Assembly (NCBI GenBank): GCA_965203095.1
Contig: OZ241877.1
Span: 608,001-672,000 of the forward strand
DNA length: 64,000 bases
Direction: 5' to 3'
Origin: Bdellovibrionales bacterium
GTDB taxonomy: Bacteria; Bdellovibrionota; Bdellovibrionia; Bdellovibrionales; UBA1609
The position numbers and the translations under genes are program-made. Below are positions 30,039 to 38,333 of this stretch, piece by piece (position 1 is the stretch's first letter; each line of letters starts with the position of its first letter). The notes beneath the pieces are model-generated. The model made no database searches, was not told where the DNA came from, and saw only the letters and a program-made list of their open reading frames with translations.

Positions 30039-31934
30039 ATGAACCAATATATAAAAAGTTTTTTGTTTTTCTGTAGTCTTTTTTCTCTCAATGCGGTTTC
30101 AGCTAAAGAGGACAGCTCCACAAAAGAGCACTTTACAGTTAAAGCCTTAACTCAACCTTTAAATCATAAACAAAGGCTTATCTCCATGACAGTTATCACT
30201 AAAGAGGATATTAGGAAATGCATTGGCTGTGACCTCACTGATCTTTTAGAAAGAGCGGGGGTTCAAGTCCGAAGATATCATTCCCAATTTTCCCAATCCT
30301 CTGATACCGATACAACTGTTGTCTCTCTTAGAGGAGTGACGGACACTCAAACCCTTTTGTTAGTGGACGGCGTCCGGCAAAAAGACAGCATGACTTCTGA
30401 TCCTTTTTGGGATTTTATCCCCATTCATCACATTGAGAGAATTGAAATTGTCAGAGGGCCTTCAGCTGTCATTCAAGGGGACTCCGCTATAGGAGGGGTG
30501 ATTCATATTTTCACCCAAAAACCAAATTGCCCCTTGGAAAAAACTTGTGTGAGTGGAGAGACACAAATTTCAAACGAATCCAACACCGGAGGCGAGGCTT
30601 ACTTTAGTGCCTCTCATCAAAGCCAGCCATTGAGCTGGCGTTTAGGGGTCCAAGCCGACAAAAGCAAAGATCCTGAAAAAACAGGTGATTACAAGGAGAG
30701 AGCCTTAAGCTTTAACTTAGAGAGCCGATGGAATGATCAATGGCTAATAGAAAGTAGTTCTCTTATATATGATGGCCAAAGCCAGGGAGAACCCTTGCCT
30801 TTTATTGAAAAAGGCGGTTCTGATATAGCGAGTTTAGGAGTCACTTACTATATGTCTCCTGAGCTGTTGTTTAAATCTCTTGTGGGATACAATCAAGAAA
30901 CACAAAGCTGGACAGATGATGACACAAAATACATTAGCCGGCGAATATCCATTCAACTCATTGGGGAATATCACTTTGAATTTGCTGGAGGGAATTACAC
31001 CTTAACCACTGGTTTAGAAACGGAACAAGATCGCATTGATTCCCAACCTGATGAAACTTATGATCAAAAAGAAAGAGATAGCCATTCTGTTCGAACCAGC
31101 TTAAATGGAGGACAAGGCCCTTTTAACTATCAAGCCTCTGTCCGCATGGACAGCCTCACTGGTGACATAAAAGAAAAGGTTTGGACATGGGGAGGGGCAT
31201 TATCCTACCATGTTGCACAGATATCTGCCCATGATATTTTTCTAAGAGGTGGAGCGAGAACGGGTTTTCGTGCCCCCGGATTTGATGAGCAGTATTTAGG
31301 CAATTATTATCCTGCGGATTCTGATCAGGAGTTTGATTTATTATTCGAGGGAAATCCCGATTTGATCTTGGAAAAATCCAAAACTTATGAAATCGGTATC
31401 CGGCTGGAGAGAGACAATAAGTATTTTCTTGATCTGACAGCTTTTGAAACCACATTGGAAAATCCTGTTCGTCGCACAGAGCGAAGGTTATTCCCTAATG
31501 AACAAGATCCTCTTTATTATTTAATCACTTGGGAGCAAACATCCGAGGCAAAACTAAAAGGGGTGGAGACATCAGCACGGTTTAATCTGGAACCTATTAG
31601 CGGGAAGGCTCAATACACTTGGACAGAAATCGACCAAACAGACCTGCTGAGAGGGCATAATCCTGTTCAGCATTTGGCTTCTATAAGGCTGGATTTTTCT
31701 GCTACAGAAAGTTTGGGTTTTGGAGCGGAATTGACAAGCAGAGGAACACGGGAAAATAAGGACATTTCAGGAGAGGCTGTAAATATAGTGGATCTTTATT
31801 CTTACTACGATCTGAATGATAATGTCCATTTTGGAGTGGCCTTAAAAAATGTCACAGACAAAAAATATGATCTTTACAACCTCACAGACGGCCCTCGCCG
31901 AACTTTATGGTTAAGGTTTAAAGTAAATAACTGA
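30039..31934 (+). CDS. TonB-dependent receptor (BtuB-like)
   Basis: Signal peptide; plug motifs LRG..TLLLVDG and IERIEIVRGP...AIGGVIHIFT; also GFRAP, GNPDL..E and NVTDKKY. Confidence 0.85.
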   Translation: MNQYIKSFLFFCSLFSLNAVSAKEDSSTKEHFTVKALTQPLNHKQRLISMTVITKEDIRKCIGCDLTDLLERAGVQVRRYHSQFSQSSDTDTTVVSLRGVTDTQTLLLVDGVRQKDSMTSDPFWDFIPIHHIERIEIVRGPSAVIQGDSAIGGVIHIFTQKPNCPLEKTCVSGETQISNESNTGGEAYFSASHQSQPLSWRLGVQADKSKDPEKTGDYKERALSFNLESRWNDQWLIESSSLIYDGQSQGEPLPFIEKGGSDIASLGVTYYMSPELLFKSLVGYNQETQSWTDDDTKYISRRISIQLIGEYHFEFAGGNYTLTTGLETEQDRIDSQPDETYDQKERDSHSVRTSLNGGQGPFNYQASVRMDSLTGDIKEKVWTWGGALSYHVAQISAHDIFLRGGARTGFRAPGFDEQYLGNYYPADSDQEFDLLFEGNPDLILEKSKTYEIGIRLERDNKYFLDLTAFETTLENPVRRTERRLFPNEQDPLYYLITWEQTSEAKLKGVETSARFNLEPISGKAQYTWTEIDQTDLLRGHNPVQHLASIRLDFSATESLGFGAELTSRGTRENKDISGEAVNIVDLYSYYDLNDNVHFGVALKNVTDKKYDLYNLTDGPRRTLWLRFKVNN

Positions 31935-32012
31935 GCCTGAGGCCAGCCTTTAATCATTGCTACTACTCATAAAAAACTAAAAAACTTTCCTATTTTTTGT
32001 GGTGGATCATCA

Positions 32013-32861
32013 TCAAATAATTTTTACAGGGATTTGCATTCTTTTTGAAACAATACGGATAATCTCCCCTGCTATCTCTTCTAAGGCAATATCGGTCACA
32101 TCTAAGATCGGCCATTTTTGTTTATGAAACAAAGTCTTTATAGCTGAAACCTCTTTATAAACTTGCTCCTTACTGGCGTAATCCCCACCAGCGGGATCAT
32201 ATCCAAACTTTTCTAAACGATTCTTCCTGATTTTTAAAAGATAATCGGGGTGAATAGTTAGTGCCACTATTTTTTTTTGATCCACTGTGAAAAGATTTTC
32301 TGGAGGAGGAATATTATAAACTAAAGGGACATTCGCCACCTTCCAACCCTTATTACTTAAAAAGAGAGATAGTGGAGTTTTGCTGGTCCGGCTCACCCCT
32401 ACAAGAATAATATCTGCCAGATCTAAATCTTTAGACCGTTGCCCATCATCGTGCTTTAGAAAAAAATCCATAGCTTCAATCCGCTTAAAATAATCCTCAT
32501 TAACTACCCTTAAAATTCCCGCCTGCTTTTTTTTACTTTTTAAAGAACGATCAAAAATACCTATCAGATCTGCTAAAAGATCCACCCTTTGCACATTGTA
32601 TTTTTCACACAGCCGACCAATGATTTCCCTACTTTCAGATAAAATTAAAGTGTAAACTACTAAAACATCTTCATCTTCATTCCTACTGAGTTTTTTAAAA
32701 ATGGCCTCTATTTGTTCTTTGGTGCGAATATTCCTATGCCTGGATATACGAACTCGCTCTTCATGCTCATACTGAACCAAAACCGCCTTTAAAACCGCAA
32801 GGGCTGTCTCCCCAGTGCCATCAGATAAAATTTGAATGTTAAGCTGATTGTGGAATTTCAT
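32013..32861 (-). CDS. PPDK/PEP synthase regulatory kinase-pyrophosphorylase (DUF299)
   Basis: Motifs SDGTGETA, YFKRIEA, HDDG and GVSRTSKTPLS; AGGAGG SD before ATG 32861. Confidence 0.9.
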   Translation of the reverse strand: MKFHNQLNIQILSDGTGETALAVLKAVLVQYEHEERVRISRHRNIRTKEQIEAIFKKLSRNEDEDVLVVYTLILSESREIIGRLCEKYNVQRVDLLADLIGIFDRSLKSKKKQAGILRVVNEDYFKRIEAMDFFLKHDDGQRSKDLDLADIILVGVSRTSKTPLSLFLSNKGWKVANVPLVYNIPPPENLFTVDQKKIVALTIHPDYLLKIRKNRLEKFGYDPAGGDYASKEQVYKEVSAIKTLFHKQKWPILDVTDIALEEIAGEIIRIVSKRMQIPVKII

Positions 32862-32862
32862 T

Positions 32863-33234
32863 TCAATCCTCCTTATAATATGATAAGTGAGACCCAACAG
32901 ATGAGGGAAAAATAGAATTGAGTCTTCCCTCATCACAACCTGAAGGCACAAACACCCGCAAAGAGGGCTTGCCCAATTGCTTCCAACATTTGTGAGCATC
33001 TATAAACCAAGATTTTTTTTGCAAGGGGAGGCACACTAAAGAACTCACAGGAAAAGCATTTTGAGAACCCGTTAAAATGGGCTGAGAAAGAGATTTTTTG
33101 CCCTTAAGACCATGTAAAAGAAAACCCATTCGCCAGTTGATCTGTTTAAATAAATCCCTTTCCGGTTCGAAAAAAATGAGCCAAAGCTGGGCACCGGGAT
33201 AAAATTTTTGAGACGAGCTGACAAGCTCCAACAC
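32863..33234 (-). CDS. Hypothetical protein
   Basis: Fills the gap between nusB and the DUF299 gene with 1-2 nt spacing. Confidence 0.6.
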   Translation of the reverse strand: MLELVSSSQKFYPGAQLWLIFFEPERDLFKQINWRMGFLLHGLKGKKSLSQPILTGSQNAFPVSSLVCLPLQKKSWFIDAHKCWKQLGKPSLRVFVPSGCDEGRLNSIFPSSVGSHLSYYKED

Positions 33235-33236
33235 AG

Positions 33237-33641
33237 CTAAATCTCCTGTTTGCTTTTTAAAACTTGATTCAGTATACCGTTAATAAAAGGCACAGAGTTT
33301 TCCCCCCCTAACTCTTTAGCCAGCTCCAAAGCCTCGTTGAGGGCCGCTTTATCGGGAATATCTGCACAAAACAAAATCTCAAAAACCGCCAATCTCATAA
33401 TGTTCAGATCCACTAAAGAGATTCTTTCCAACTTCCAGTTTTGAGAATATTTTTTTATAATCTGATCGATAGACGACTTATGAGCCTGAATGTTTTTTAA
33501 AATATCTAAAGCAAAACAGCGATCCCTTTGGTTGAGATTTTTATAAAAAAAATCATTATCCTCTTTTTTGTTAACACTTTGATGAAACTCATCCCGATAG
33601 AGGTTTTGCACTACGGCTTGCCTGGAACTTCTTCTCGACAC
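33237..33641 (-). CDS. nusB: Transcription antitermination factor NusB
   Basis: Motifs RRSSRQ.., NWKLERIS.VD.NI.RLA.FE, NEALELAK and FINGIL. Confidence 0.93.
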   Translation of the reverse strand: MSRRSSRQAVVQNLYRDEFHQSVNKKEDNDFFYKNLNQRDRCFALDILKNIQAHKSSIDQIIKKYSQNWKLERISLVDLNIMRLAVFEILFCADIPDKAALNEALELAKELGGENSVPFINGILNQVLKSKQEI

Positions 33642-33691
33642 AACAGATCTACCTCAATTTACTTAGTCGCTCGTGAGAAAACTCTATAATT

Positions 33692-34303
33692 TTAAAAGCC
33701 AAAAGTAATACCCAAATGGCCAAAAGTTTCAAGATAAATTTCCAACTCGCTTAAAGGATAATGCATTCTCAAGTTAAACTCTGTGAAAAAACCCAAATTA
33801 TAGTAAAAATCAATAAAACGCAAACCCATAAAAAACTGACTGTTGAAAGACATAGCAGAAATTTTGCGAACAATATATCGAGGGTGAAAGCCCATACCTG
33901 CCCCACACCCCACATAAAGGGGAAAAGCGGATTGAACTTCGGGAAAAGATATACGAGGGCTTATTTCTAAAAGAGCGGATTTTTGCCGGGCCATGTGAGT
34001 GGAAAACAATGAGACCTGCAAACTAATATCAGCACCCCATTGAGGCAGTTCTTCTATCCTTTGGTTAAAACCCAGCACAAAAGAGGAAAAAGGATTAAAG
34101 GGGATTTTGGCACTTTCCCTGTAAAAAGATATTCCGCTAAAAAGGGAAAATCTTTTAGAATATTCTGTTCTGTTTTTTTTGGAAAAATACTTCTCAATTA
34201 TATATCCGTAGCCCGACTCTGAGGTGCTATCCTGAACAACATCCTCACCAAAAGAAGTGAGGGGGAAGAGAATGCAAAAAATAAAAACTATTGTTTTAAA
34301 CAT
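33692..34303 (-). CDS. Hypothetical exported beta-barrel-like protein
   Basis: Signal peptide from MFKTIVF, alternating aromatic/hydrophobic strands, C-terminal Phe. Confidence 0.6.
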   Translation of the reverse strand: MFKTIVFIFCILFPLTSFGEDVVQDSTSESGYGYIIEKYFSKKNRTEYSKRFSLFSGISFYRESAKIPFNPFSSFVLGFNQRIEELPQWGADISLQVSLFSTHMARQKSALLEISPRISFPEVQSAFPLYVGCGAGMGFHPRYIVRKISAMSFNSQFFMGLRFIDFYYNLGFFTEFNLRMHYPLSELEIYLETFGHLGITFGF

Positions 34304-34313
34304 ATATTCCCTA

Positions 34314-35657
34314 TTAAACATCATCAAACTGAATAGGACAACCCGAAGGCTCGCCCAAAGTCTCACCTTCAGCTATTACTTTTTTCCCATAGAGAAATAC
34401 AAACAGAGGCCAGCCCCGGACAGACCAACCTTCAAAAGGTGACCAGCCACACTTGCTGGCCAGCCATTGGGCCTCAATCCGCTTTTTGGCTTTTAAATCC
34501 ACAAGGGTAAGGTGAGCCTTGTATCCTTCCTTAATTTTCCCCTGATCCTTTATTTTAAACCTTTGTGCGGGGTTATGGGCCAAAAGCCGAACCAACAATT
34601 TTAAATCCAAACGACCTTCGTTAATGTGATTGAGCATAAGAGGGAGCAAAGTTTGTGTCCCCGGCATACCGGAAGGCGATTGGGGGTAAGGTTTTTGCTT
34701 TTCCTCCATAGTGTGAGGTGCGTGATCAGAGCCTATCATATCCACAAGCCCTGATTGCAAGGCTTTCCAAAGGCCCTCCTGATGATTTTTATCCCTAATG
34801 GGAGGGTTCATTTGAACAAGAGAACCATACTCCTCATAACAGTCAGGGGCATGAAGGCTCAAATGCTGAGGAGTCACCTCTACAGAGGCAATGTCCTTAT
34901 GATGAGCTAAAAAAGCCATTTCCTCTTTTGTGCTGACATGCAGGATATGCACTGGGGCTTTATGTTTTTGAGCTAAGCTAATTATTCTTTTAGTGGAAAT
35001 CAGGCCAGTTTTCGCGTCTCGCCACAAAGGATGGTTTCGCGGATGAGGGGGATGGCTCAAAGCGAGAGCCTGCCTTGCTGACAGCCGGGAGTTGTCCTCT
35101 GAATGAATGGCAGTCACTTTTTGACGGTGGGAAAGGGCGGTATTAAGGGAGTCTTCATCCTCTAAAACCAAGCCTCCTGTGGAATGGCCTAAAAAAATTT
35201 TCACTCCAGGGCAGGCTGGGCTTTTTTCTATCTCATTTAAAAAGCTTTTATTTTTACCTGTTCCGGCCAAATAAAAAGCAAAATCACACCAACTGCTTTG
35301 TTTTGCCCTTTGGATTTTATCCTCTAAATCCTGAACTGTGGCTGTGGGAGGAGAAGTGTTAGGCATTTCAAAAAAAGCAGTTATTCCCCCTTTTAGGGCA
35401 CTGAGACTTCCATGGTAAATGTCTTCCTTATGTTCCATCCCGGGCTCTCTAAAATGCACTTGGGTATCAATAAGTCCAGGAAGAACATACAAACCACTGG
35501 CAGAAAACTCTTTAGCCGACTGAGCTTTAGATAAGGAGCCAATCTGTTTTATTCGCCCTTTTTGGATTCCAATATCTACTTCCTCCTCCTTCAACTCATC
35601 AAGCTTTTGAGGATGAGGCAAAAGGCAAATTCCTTTTCTTATAATTAAGTCAAACAT
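34314..35657 (-). CDS. pyrC: Dihydroorotase (multifunctional-complex type)
   Basis: Motifs PGLIDTQVHFREPG, EMPNT.P, MNPPIR and GSDHAPH. Confidence 0.9.
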   Translation of the reverse strand: MFDLIIRKGICLLPHPQKLDELKEEEVDIGIQKGRIKQIGSLSKAQSAKEFSASGLYVLPGLIDTQVHFREPGMEHKEDIYHGSLSALKGGITAFFEMPNTSPPTATVQDLEDKIQRAKQSSWCDFAFYLAGTGKNKSFLNEIEKSPACPGVKIFLGHSTGGLVLEDEDSLNTALSHRQKVTAIHSEDNSRLSARQALALSHPPHPRNHPLWRDAKTGLISTKRIISLAQKHKAPVHILHVSTKEEMAFLAHHKDIASVEVTPQHLSLHAPDCYEEYGSLVQMNPPIRDKNHQEGLWKALQSGLVDMIGSDHAPHTMEEKQKPYPQSPSGMPGTQTLLPLMLNHINEGRLDLKLLVRLLAHNPAQRFKIKDQGKIKEGYKAHLTLVDLKAKKRIEAQWLASKCGWSPFEGWSVRGWPLFVFLYGKKVIAEGETLGEPSGCPIQFDDV

Positions 35658-35735
35658 GCGTTTTATTTCCTATTCTCTTTCAAAAATATCTCAAGCTTTA
35701 TGAAAATACCAAGTTTTTCCTTTTTTTCAAATTAT

Positions 35736-35769
35736 AAAAAAAGCCTGTGAGGGAACTCACAGGCTTTTT
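35736..35769. terminator. Intrinsic terminator after the porin gene (bidirectional shape)
   Basis: AAAAAGCCTGTGAG-ggaa-CTCACAGGCTTTTT. Confidence 0.85.
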
Positions 35770-35792
35770 AAAAAATCGATATTGCAAAATTA

Positions 35793-36950
35793 TTAGAAGT
35801 GAAAAGTCAACTCGCCATGAAGGCTGTTGGCTTCATCAGAGTCCACTCCATCAGTTAAGTTGTGGGCAAACTTGGCAACAAAATTAGTGTTGTCCCAAGG
35901 GTTATATTGTGCCCGAACAGCAATGCCTTTACCAGCACCTGTGAAGTAATCTCTGTTAAGTAAATCAGTGTTAAAATGATTGCCATCAATTTCATGGTAG
36001 CTTACAGCCAAACCAAAGTCGTTAGCTGACCCTGGAGACGCTTTGCCAGCCTCTCCAGCATAAACTCCACCGGTAAAATTAAGACCTTCGCCTAACTGAT
36101 CAACATTTGTCATATAAGCACCAAACACACCAACGGGAATACCCATATCCGCACTCACATGAACACCCACTTTAGCTAAAGTGACATCATTAGTGCTTTC
36201 TGTAGTAGCAGGTTCTTCTTCAGCTCCTGCTTCATCTGCTGTTTCGTCCGCAGTGTCTACTGTGGCAGTGCTTTCGACAGTTTTGTTAAAAAGACCGCCG
36301 TAATCAGCAGATACATAAACACCCGCTTTTACACCTTCAGCAAATTCAAACTTAGCACCCACTTTTCCAAATAAAATACCCCCTTCAGAAAAAGGGCCTT
36401 TGTAAGCTGTATCCAACTCATAAACACCCACTTTGCCGTAAAAACTGGCAGGGTCCTCATCTTCTCCATGACGATATTTAACCCAAGCCCCCGCAGGGTA
36501 AAGGTCTTCATCGTAAAGAACTCCCACTTTGTGAAAGCTGGGTTTAAAGGATTTTTTACCCGCTAATACAGAGAAGTTTTCCACTGGTGAATAAGAGACA
36601 TAAGCTTGTTCTAAAGCTATTGGAGTCACACCAGGGCCACCAAATACGGAATTGACTATACTCTTACCACTCATATCCCCTGAACTGCTACTAACACCCA
36701 CAGCCCATTTAACGGATTCATTCACATTACCTTGCCAACCCAATCTGGCTCTGTAAGAAGCCTCCCTTTCTTGTAAAACATCCCCATATTTTAGCTCAAC
36801 AGAACCTGTAAAGCCACTTTCTTCCTCCTCCATAGAACCGGTATCGCTTATCATATCAGACATGTGATCCACTTCTGTATGCGAATGCATTTCCGCAACA
36901 GAACTGAAACCAAATACAGCTGATATAATAAAAATAGATTTTTTAAACAT
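35793..36950 (-). CDS. Putative outer-membrane porin
   Basis: AAGGAGG SD, signal peptide, Gly/aromatic-rich beta strands (YRARLG, LEQAYVSY), C-terminal Phe, own promoter and terminator. Confidence 0.7.
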   Translation of the reverse strand: MFKKSIFIISAVFGFSSVAEMHSHTEVDHMSDMISDTGSMEEEESGFTGSVELKYGDVLQEREASYRARLGWQGNVNESVKWAVGVSSSSGDMSGKSIVNSVFGGPGVTPIALEQAYVSYSPVENFSVLAGKKSFKPSFHKVGVLYDEDLYPAGAWVKYRHGEDEDPASFYGKVGVYELDTAYKGPFSEGGILFGKVGAKFEFAEGVKAGVYVSADYGGLFNKTVESTATVDTADETADEAGAEEEPATTESTNDVTLAKVGVHVSADMGIPVGVFGAYMTNVDQLGEGLNFTGGVYAGEAGKASPGSANDFGLAVSYHEIDGNHFNTDLLNRDYFTGAGKGIAVRAQYNPWDNTNFVAKFAHNLTDGVDSDEANSLHGELTFHF

Positions 36951-36985
36951 ATCTACCTCCTTAAGGTTATTTCTCATTTAGGGAT

Positions 36986-37014
36986 AGTTAATACAAGTCA
37001 CGGTGACTTGTCAA
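36986..37014 (-). promoter_or_regulatory. sigma70 promoter of the porin gene with overlapping palindromic operator
   Basis: Minus strand TTGACA-17 nt-TTAACT; perfect palindrome ACAAGTCAC-G-GTGACTTGT at 36993-37011. Confidence 0.7.
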
Positions 37015-37438
37015 ATGCTGGCCTGCTTTTTTTAGGACTATGGATAAAAAAGCTATCTTCAGGGCAAAAAAAGAGAAAAAGCCTATAAAATAGGCTTTTT
37101 AGGGCCTATTTTTTGTTTTTATCAGCACCTTTTTTACATTCTGCAACATTTTTTTTAAAAAAAATATAAGATTTTTTCGTTTTTTTCTCAAAAAAAGACT
37201 GTTTTTGGCTATTTTCCCAAAAAAAACCTTTTTATTGGCTTTAAACTGCCCCACAGTGGGCTTTTTTATAAATCCAGCAGGAAAAATTCAGCCAAGATCG
37301 GATTTTAAAAAAGAGACGAATGGGGAAATACCAACCGATTATATACTTTACAAATGGTTTACTGAAAAGACAGCCGGCTTAAATTGAAGATGGCAAAAAC
37401 AAATCCCAGAGGGATTGGCCGGATAAGCAGGGAATAAA

Positions 37439-37595
37439 TAGTCGTCCGTGAAAAAGCTGGACAAAAAACCTCGTCCTCTTTTTCCTGCTTTTGTCCAAAG
37501 GCCATTCCATGAGTGTCCAAGGTATTGCCGTCCCGAAATGGAATGGTCCTTTAGACAAAAAAAGTTAAAAAACAAAGGTTTTTCACGGACAACTA
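37439..37595. mobile_element. MITE-like element, copy 2
   Basis: TAGTCGTCCGTGAAAAA ... TTTTTCACGGACAACTA; near-identical to 19851-20008. Confidence 0.8.
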
Positions 37596-37830
37596 AATAG
37601 ATTATTGCTTGGCTAAAAGCTTATCCAACAAAGGGGCTGAGCCGTGCATTTAAAAAGCAAAAGCTCCCTTAAGGAGCTGATGCTTGGATTTCAATAAACT
37701 AAAACCATTAAAGGATTTATCATTTATTATTATCATCCAAAGTGGCAAAAAAGTAAAGTAAAAATTTTAAAAAAATCAAAAGCCTTATTCTATGCGGGTT
37801 CTGGGGAAACTGTGGCCAGAGGGAAAGCAC

Positions 37831-37856
37831 AAAAAAAGACCTTTCAGGGAAGGTCT
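37831..37856 (-). terminator. Putative intrinsic terminator without a cognate ORF
   Basis: Minus strand AGACCTT-loop-AAGGTCT followed by a T run. Confidence 0.55.
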
Positions 37857-38069
37857 AAACTACCACAGCACTTTAAGGAAAATCCTTTTGGCTGGTTTTT
37901 ATTTTTGAGTCTACAAGTGCCCCTTCAAAGTTTGCTCTGTATGTGTTCGCTATTTCGCTGACAAAATTTGCCTAAAAAACCGCTGGGCCTTTAGGCAAAC
38001 CTGGCTGAGCTTTTTCACAAGACCCTATTTAATAATGTCAAAAAGATTTAAAAATAAACTATCTGAACC

Positions 38070-38098
38070 TTGAAAAGACAGGCAAACAAAGGTATATC
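38070..38098 (+). promoter_or_regulatory. Putative sigma70 promoter of tRNA-Asp
   Basis: TTGAAA-17 nt-TATATC just upstream of the tRNA. Confidence 0.45.
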
Positions 38099-38110
38099 CT
38101 TTAATAATGT

Positions 38111-38187
38111 GGGGTGGTAGTTAAGTTGGTTATAACGCCGGCCTGTCACGTCGGAGGCCGCGGGTTCAAGTCCCGTCCACCCCGCCA
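38111..38187 (+). tRNA. tRNA-Asp (GTC)
   Basis: GGGGTGGTAGTTAAG...CCTGTCACG...GGTTCAAGTCC...CACCCCGCCA. Confidence 0.97.
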
Positions 38188-38333
38188 TTTAACCTCATAG
38201 CCAGCTCCCAGTATTTTACTAAGTGTCCCATAAAGAGCAAAAACCTTTTAAAAGAAACATTATTTTGAAAGGCTATAAATTGCCACTAAAATTTATTGCT
38301 TTAAGGCAAAAAAACATAAATACTTAATGTATC

